From positions 289,988 through 313,987 of the forward strand of contig NZ_PHGZ01000013.1 in NCBI RefSeq assembly GCF_002795405.1: 24,000 nt of DNA. The letters are read 5' to 3'. A program made the position numbers and the translations under genes. The stretch's first letter is position 1; each line of letters starts with the position of its first letter. Of this stretch, positions 20,444 through 24,000 are shown piece after piece. This stretch comes from Caviibacterium pharyngocola (lineage in GTDB: Bacteria; Pseudomonadota; Gammaproteobacteria; Enterobacterales; Pasteurellaceae). The notes beneath the pieces were generated by a model that saw nothing but the letters and a program-made list of their open reading frames with translations, was not told the DNA's origin and ran no database searches.

Positions 20444-22720
20444 TCAGGTTTTGCGATGTGCCGCAATTACCGCTTGCCCTAAACTTAATCCGCCGTCGCC
20501 CATTGGAAATTGATGGGCGCTGAGGACGCAAAAATCGCGTAAATTTTCTTTTAATAACCGGCGCAGTAATTGATTGTGCATTACGCCGCCGGAAAGTACG
20601 ATGGTGCGGCATCGGTGAATTTTCGCTTGTTGCGCAGCGAGTTCGGCGAAACCTTGAGCTAAAGCATAATGAAAGGCGAAGGCTTTTTCCGCGCGATCTT
20701 CGTGATAGTTCAGCCACGTTTGCCAGAAGGTTTTTAAATCCAGTTGATTGCCGATCAACGGCATTTTAACCGGAATTTCCACCGCACTTTTATACGCCAA
20801 TAGATGACGATTTAATCTTGAATTTTCCGCCAAAACCTCCAAACGACACGCTGCTTCGCCTTCCCAGCTCAAACGATCGTGTATGAGGTAAAGCCCGTAA
20901 GCCACGGCGTCGAAAAGTCTGCCGGCAGAGGAGGCTTTCGGCGAATTAAGCCCGCGTTCGACGGCGACAGAAAGCAGTTGCCAGTCTTTCTCGACGCAAG
21001 TTTCGGTTAAGATTTCTCGATAATGCGGCACGAATTGTTGTAAATGCGCCAGCCAGTTTCGCCAAGGTTGTTGCGCGGCAAGATCGCCGCCCGGCAAGGC
21101 GACGGCAGGTAAACCGCCCAAATGGTGACATTGTTGATAATCGACCAACAAACATTCGCCGCCCCATAATTGTCCGTTTTCGCCCATTCCAATGCCGTCC
21201 AGCGCCAGCCCGATTACCGGTTCGCTGCAGTGATGTTCCGCCATTACGCTGACGATATGGGCGTGATGGTGCAAAATTTCGACACAAGGCAAATTCAGTT
21301 GCGCGGCGAGATCTTTACCGGTTTGAGTGGAAAAATAACCGCTATGCGCATCCACTGCGATTTTGTCCGCTTGGAATTGATAGATTTGGCGAAACAGATC
21401 AATATTATCGACCAGTTGTTGCTGAACCGGTTCGTTTGAGGTATCGCCGATATGTTGGCTCACCACCGCTTTATTGCGGCGTAATAAACAAAAGGTATTT
21501 TTCAGATCCGAACCGAGCGCTAACACGTTGGTTTCGCTCGGCGTCGCGAGTGAGGTTTCATCCGGCACATAGCCTCTGGCGCGTCGTAAAGTTTCGATGC
21601 CGTCAAAGGCGACGCGAATTAGGCTGTCGTCGGCGCGCTGTAAAATATCGCGGTTATGACATAGAAAGAAATCGGCTAAATCGGCTAATTTTTTCACCGC
21701 ACTTTCATTATCCAGCACGGGCGGTTGTCCGCTCGGATTGGCGGAAGTCATCACCAACGGGCGATTGACGGCGCGCAATAACAAATGTTGCAACGGATTA
21801 CTCGGCAACATTACGCCGATTTCTTGCAAATAAGGCGCGATTTCCGGCACGACTTTCGGCACTTTATTTCGATTAAGCAAAACAATCGGCGCGGCGGCGG
21901 AAGTGAGTTGCGCGATTTCTTGTTCGGTCAAGCAACGTAAAAAATCCAAACTCGGCACCATTACGGCGAAAGGCTTGGTCGGTCTGTGTTTGCGCCGACG
22001 CAGCTGTAGCACGATTTGTGCATTGGTTGCGTCGCAAGCCAAATGAAAACCGCCGATACCTTTCACTGCGATAATCTTGCCTTGTTGCAATAAAAGTGCG
22101 GTGCGTTTTAGCGCATCTTCGTTTTCATCAAGCGTTTGCCAACGATCGCTTAACCAAATATGCGGTCCGCAAAGGGAGCAAGCGTTCGGCTGGGCGTGGA
22201 AACGACGATCGGCGGGATTTTTATATTCCGCTTCACATTGCGGGCAAAACGGAAATGATGCCATTGAAGTATTTTTGCGATCGTAAGGAATCGCCTTGAT
22301 AATGGTAAAACGCGGGCCGCAATGGGTGCAGTTGGTAAAAGGGTAGTGATAGCGGCGGTTAGCGGGATCGAACAAATCGGCGAGACAATGCGGACAGGTG
22401 GCGGCGTCGGCAATAATTTGCGTATCCATTGCATTATTTTCGCTTTCGCGGATCACAAATTCTTCGCTCGGCACCGACTGCCACGTTTGTTCGCGACGAA
22501 TGATTTCCGTAATTTGCGCCAAAGGCGGCAGTTGGCTTTGTAAATCGGCAAGAAATTGTTCAAGTGCGGTGCTTTCCGGCTGAAAAAATCGAATTAAAAC
22601 GCCTTGCCCGTCATTATTTACATCGCCTTTGAGCGCATATTTGTTGGCAAGCAACCAAACGAAAGGGCGAAAACCGACGCCTTGCACTTTACCTTTAATT
22701 CGCAATTCAATCTCTTGCAT
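20444..22720 (-). CDS. hypF: Carbamoyltransferase HypF ([NiFe]-hydrogenase maturation)
   Basis: 758 aa. It has an acylphosphatase-like N-terminus (IKGKVQGVGFRPFV), two CxxC-X18-CxxC zinc-finger pairs (CPHCLADL...CTHCGPR; CPQCEAEY...CSLCGP), and YrdC-like and Kae1-like domains. Confidence 0.95.
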   Translation of the reverse strand: MQEIELRIKGKVQGVGFRPFVWLLANKYALKGDVNNDGQGVLIRFFQPESTALEQFLADLQSQLPPLAQITEIIRREQTWQSVPSEEFVIRESENNAMDTQIIADAATCPHCLADLFDPANRRYHYPFTNCTHCGPRFTIIKAIPYDRKNTSMASFPFCPQCEAEYKNPADRRFHAQPNACSLCGPHIWLSDRWQTLDENEDALKRTALLLQQGKIIAVKGIGGFHLACDATNAQIVLQLRRRKHRPTKPFAVMVPSLDFLRCLTEQEIAQLTSAAAPIVLLNRNKVPKVVPEIAPYLQEIGVMLPSNPLQHLLLRAVNRPLVMTSANPSGQPPVLDNESAVKKLADLADFFLCHNRDILQRADDSLIRVAFDGIETLRRARGYVPDETSLATPSETNVLALGSDLKNTFCLLRRNKAVVSQHIGDTSNEPVQQQLVDNIDLFRQIYQFQADKIAVDAHSGYFSTQTGKDLAAQLNLPCVEILHHHAHIVSVMAEHHCSEPVIGLALDGIGMGENGQLWGGECLLVDYQQCHHLGGLPAVALPGGDLAAQQPWRNWLAHLQQFVPHYREILTETCVEKDWQLLSVAVERGLNSPKASSAGRLFDAVAYGLYLIHDRLSWEGEAACRLEVLAENSRLNRHLLAYKSAVEIPVKMPLIGNQLDLKTFWQTWLNYHEDRAEKAFAFHYALAQGFAELAAQQAKIHRCRTIVLSGGVMHNQLLRRLLKENLRDFCVLSAHQFPMGDGGLSLGQAVIAAHRKT
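20781..20789 (-). repeat. Hin-type USS core (ACCGCACTT)
   Basis: Exact 9-mer inside hypF. Confidence 0.8.
21696..21704 (-). repeat. Hin-type USS core (ACCGCACTT)
   Basis: Exact 9-mer inside hypF. Confidence 0.8.
22094..22102 (+). repeat. Hin-type USS core AAGTGCGGT
   Basis: Exact 9-mer inside hypF. Confidence 0.8.
22562..22570 (+). repeat. Hin-type USS core AAGTGCGGT
   Basis: Exact 9-mer inside hypF. Confidence 0.8.
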
Positions 22721-22729
22721 AACGCCGCC

Positions 22730-23005
22730 TTATTTTTGATTTAAGCCCAGAAAATCACCGACTTCGTGCTCCAGTTGACTCATTGCGATCAGGGCTTCTT
22801 GGGTTTGTTTGGCTTCTTCTTCGTCAATAACGGTCATTGCAAAACCGACGTGCACCAATACCCATTTGCCCAGCAATGTGGTGGGATCATCATCGCAAAT
22901 TAGCGAAATGTTGACTTCTCTTTTCACACCGCAAACATCCACCACAGCGAGCTGCAAAGCGCTGTCCGCCACTTGAACGATTTGTCCGGGAATACCTAAA
23001 CACAT
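22730..23005 (-). CDS. hypC: Hydrogenase maturation chaperone HypC/HybG family
   Basis: 91 aa starting [10 protein letters not shown], with the essential N-terminal Cys after Met. SD aagga. Its stop codon lies 9 nt upstream of the hypF start, so the two form a hypC-hypF operon. Confidence 0.92.
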   Translation of the reverse strand: MCLGIPGQIVQVADSALQLAVVDVCGVKREVNISLICDDDPTTLLGKWVLVHVGFAMTVIDEEEAKQTQEALIAMSQLEHEVGDFLGLNQK

Positions 23006-23242
23006 AATTAATCCTTACCGACATTCGAATGATGACGAATTTGTTACATTTATTTGGTTTTTTATGTGGAATTAGTTTATCACAGAAATTAACGTGGTGA
23101 TATTTAAAGGATTTTAAATTTTATGGAAAATTCAACGGTTTGATTTGTTTAACATTTTTTTAAAAATAAACAAGATTCTTTAGCATTAAATTAAATTTAT
23201 TTACCTTTAATTAGATCACGAATTTTGAATATGAAAATATTT

Positions 23243-23256
23243 ATGATCTCAATCAA
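23243..23256. promoter_or_regulatory. FNR-box-like site aTGATctcaATCAA upstream of the hydrogenlyase operon
   Basis: 9/10 match to the half-site positions of TTGAT-N4-ATCAA. The centre (23249.5) is about 110 bp upstream of the ATG at 23360. An AT-rich -10-like TTTAAT lies at 23282-23287. The promoter assignment is tentative. Confidence 0.35.
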
Positions 23257-23359
23257 AAATTCGTAATTTTCTCTCTTGAGGTTTAATTTTTTTTGGGAGT
23301 ATCCTTACACTCGGAGTGGTTATTTTTTTGGTATATATCTATATATTAAGGGGGAGAGA

Positions 23360-23959
23360 ATGAACCGTTTTGTTATCGGTGATCCTAAAGGATGCATTGG
23401 ATGCAACACCTGTATGGCTGCTTGTAGTGAAGTTCATAAAGCCTTCGGCTTGCAATCTCATCCGCGTTTGGAAGTAATGCGTAACGACGATATTACCGTG
23501 CCGATTTTATGCCGGCATTGTGATGACGCGCCTTGTGCTACGGTATGCCCGGTGCACGCGATTACGCATAAAAATCAAACGATTCAACTTAACGAAAGTC
23601 TTTGTATCGGTTGCAAACTTTGTGCGATTGCTTGTCCGTTCGGTGCGATTACGCAACACGGCAGCGCGCCGGTGGATGCACCGACTTATTACGAACATTT
23701 TTCTTTTCAAGATGCAGTAGCGCGCGATATTCGCACTGCGCCGAATAATACCGACGTACACAATATGTTGGCGTGGCAGCCAGGCGTAAGAGCCGTTGCG
23801 GTGAAATGCGATCTTTGCTATTTCCGCGAGGACGGTCCCGCTTGCGTGCAAACCTGTCCGACAAAAACCTTATTTTTAATTAGTGACGAAAGTATCAAAC
23901 AAGCGAATCAAGCTAAACGGGAATTGGCAATGAGCGCATCGCCGGCAATTCCGAAATAG
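23360..23959 (+). CDS. hycB: Formate hydrogenlyase 4Fe-4S ferredoxin-type subunit (HycB/HyfA family)
   Basis: From the ATG at 23360 (SD gggggagag), MNRFVIGDPKGCIGCNTCMAACSEVHK...CRHCDDAPCATVCP...LNESLCIGCKLCAIACPFGAI...VKCDLC...GPACVQTCPT. There are four Cys clusters and the protein is 199 aa. I cannot separate HycB from HyfA by eye. The TTG start at 23276 in the track is unsupported. Confidence 0.9.
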   Translation: MNRFVIGDPKGCIGCNTCMAACSEVHKAFGLQSHPRLEVMRNDDITVPILCRHCDDAPCATVCPVHAITHKNQTIQLNESLCIGCKLCAIACPFGAITQHGSAPVDAPTYYEHFSFQDAVARDIRTAPNNTDVHNMLAWQPGVRAVAVKCDLCYFREDGPACVQTCPTKTLFLISDESIKQANQAKRELAMSASPAIPK

Positions 23960-23986
23960 TGAGATTTTTAATCAATGGAGTGAATT

Positions 23987-24000
23987 ATGAGTTATCCGAT
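23987..24000 (+). CDS. Start of the next gene of the hydrogenlyase operon (probably a HycC/HyfB-type membrane subunit). Only 4 codons are visible.
   Basis: ATG at 23987 with ggag 8 nt upstream, 27 nt after the ferredoxin stop. Identity is inferred only from the usual hyc/hyf gene order. Confidence 0.3.

Noticed and set aside
23231-23266. 11-codon mini-ORF MKIFMISIKNS in the hyc upstream region as a possible leader peptide
   Set aside because: It has no SD, overlaps the FNR-like box, and AT-rich sequence generates such mini-ORFs by chance.
23294-23309. Sigma-54 type promoter TGGgag-N5-TTaCA upstream of the ferredoxin gene
   Set aside because: The spacing is right but the -12 GC dinucleotide is missing. 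It is kept only as a weak alternative in the finding on the control region.

Overview
This is a Pasteurellaceae-type chromosomal segment. It carries 17 perfect copies of the Hin-type DNA uptake signal core AAGTGCGGT, where about 0.2 would be expected by chance. Every long ORF matches a well-known family, so I do not see a novel protein-coding system.

Layout, left to right:
- Housekeeping genes: epmB (partial, not in the ORF track because it runs off the edge), efp, miaB, rnb, fabI and ybgI.
- Hydrogenase maturation genes hypB-hypD-hypE.
- A block of about 10.6 kb for galactoside catabolism on the minus strand: LacY/RafB-family permease, GH36 alpha-galactosidase, GH2 beta-galactosidase (lacZ), galT and galK. 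A LacI-family regulator is transcribed divergently from it.
- hypF and hypC on the minus strand, divergent from the start of a formate hydrogenlyase operon (HycB/HyfA-type ferredoxin).

I found no tRNA, rRNA, CRISPR array, transposase, integrase or phage gene.

The unusual content is non-coding:
1. A family of modular short-hairpin repeats sits at the intergenic junctions of the galactoside block and nowhere in the flanks. It includes a roughly 200 bp element bounded by terminal inverted repeats between galT and galK, and a REPIN-like inverted doublet with a GTAG-type flank.
2. The permease/regulator control region is dense, with two perfect CRP boxes interleaved with three or four TGTTA-type palindromic operators.
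3. A near-identical copy of one CRP module forms an internal class-II-like promoter in front of galT.

Several ORF-track starts are corrected to internal starts using homologue N-termini and Shine-Dalgarno (SD) positions.
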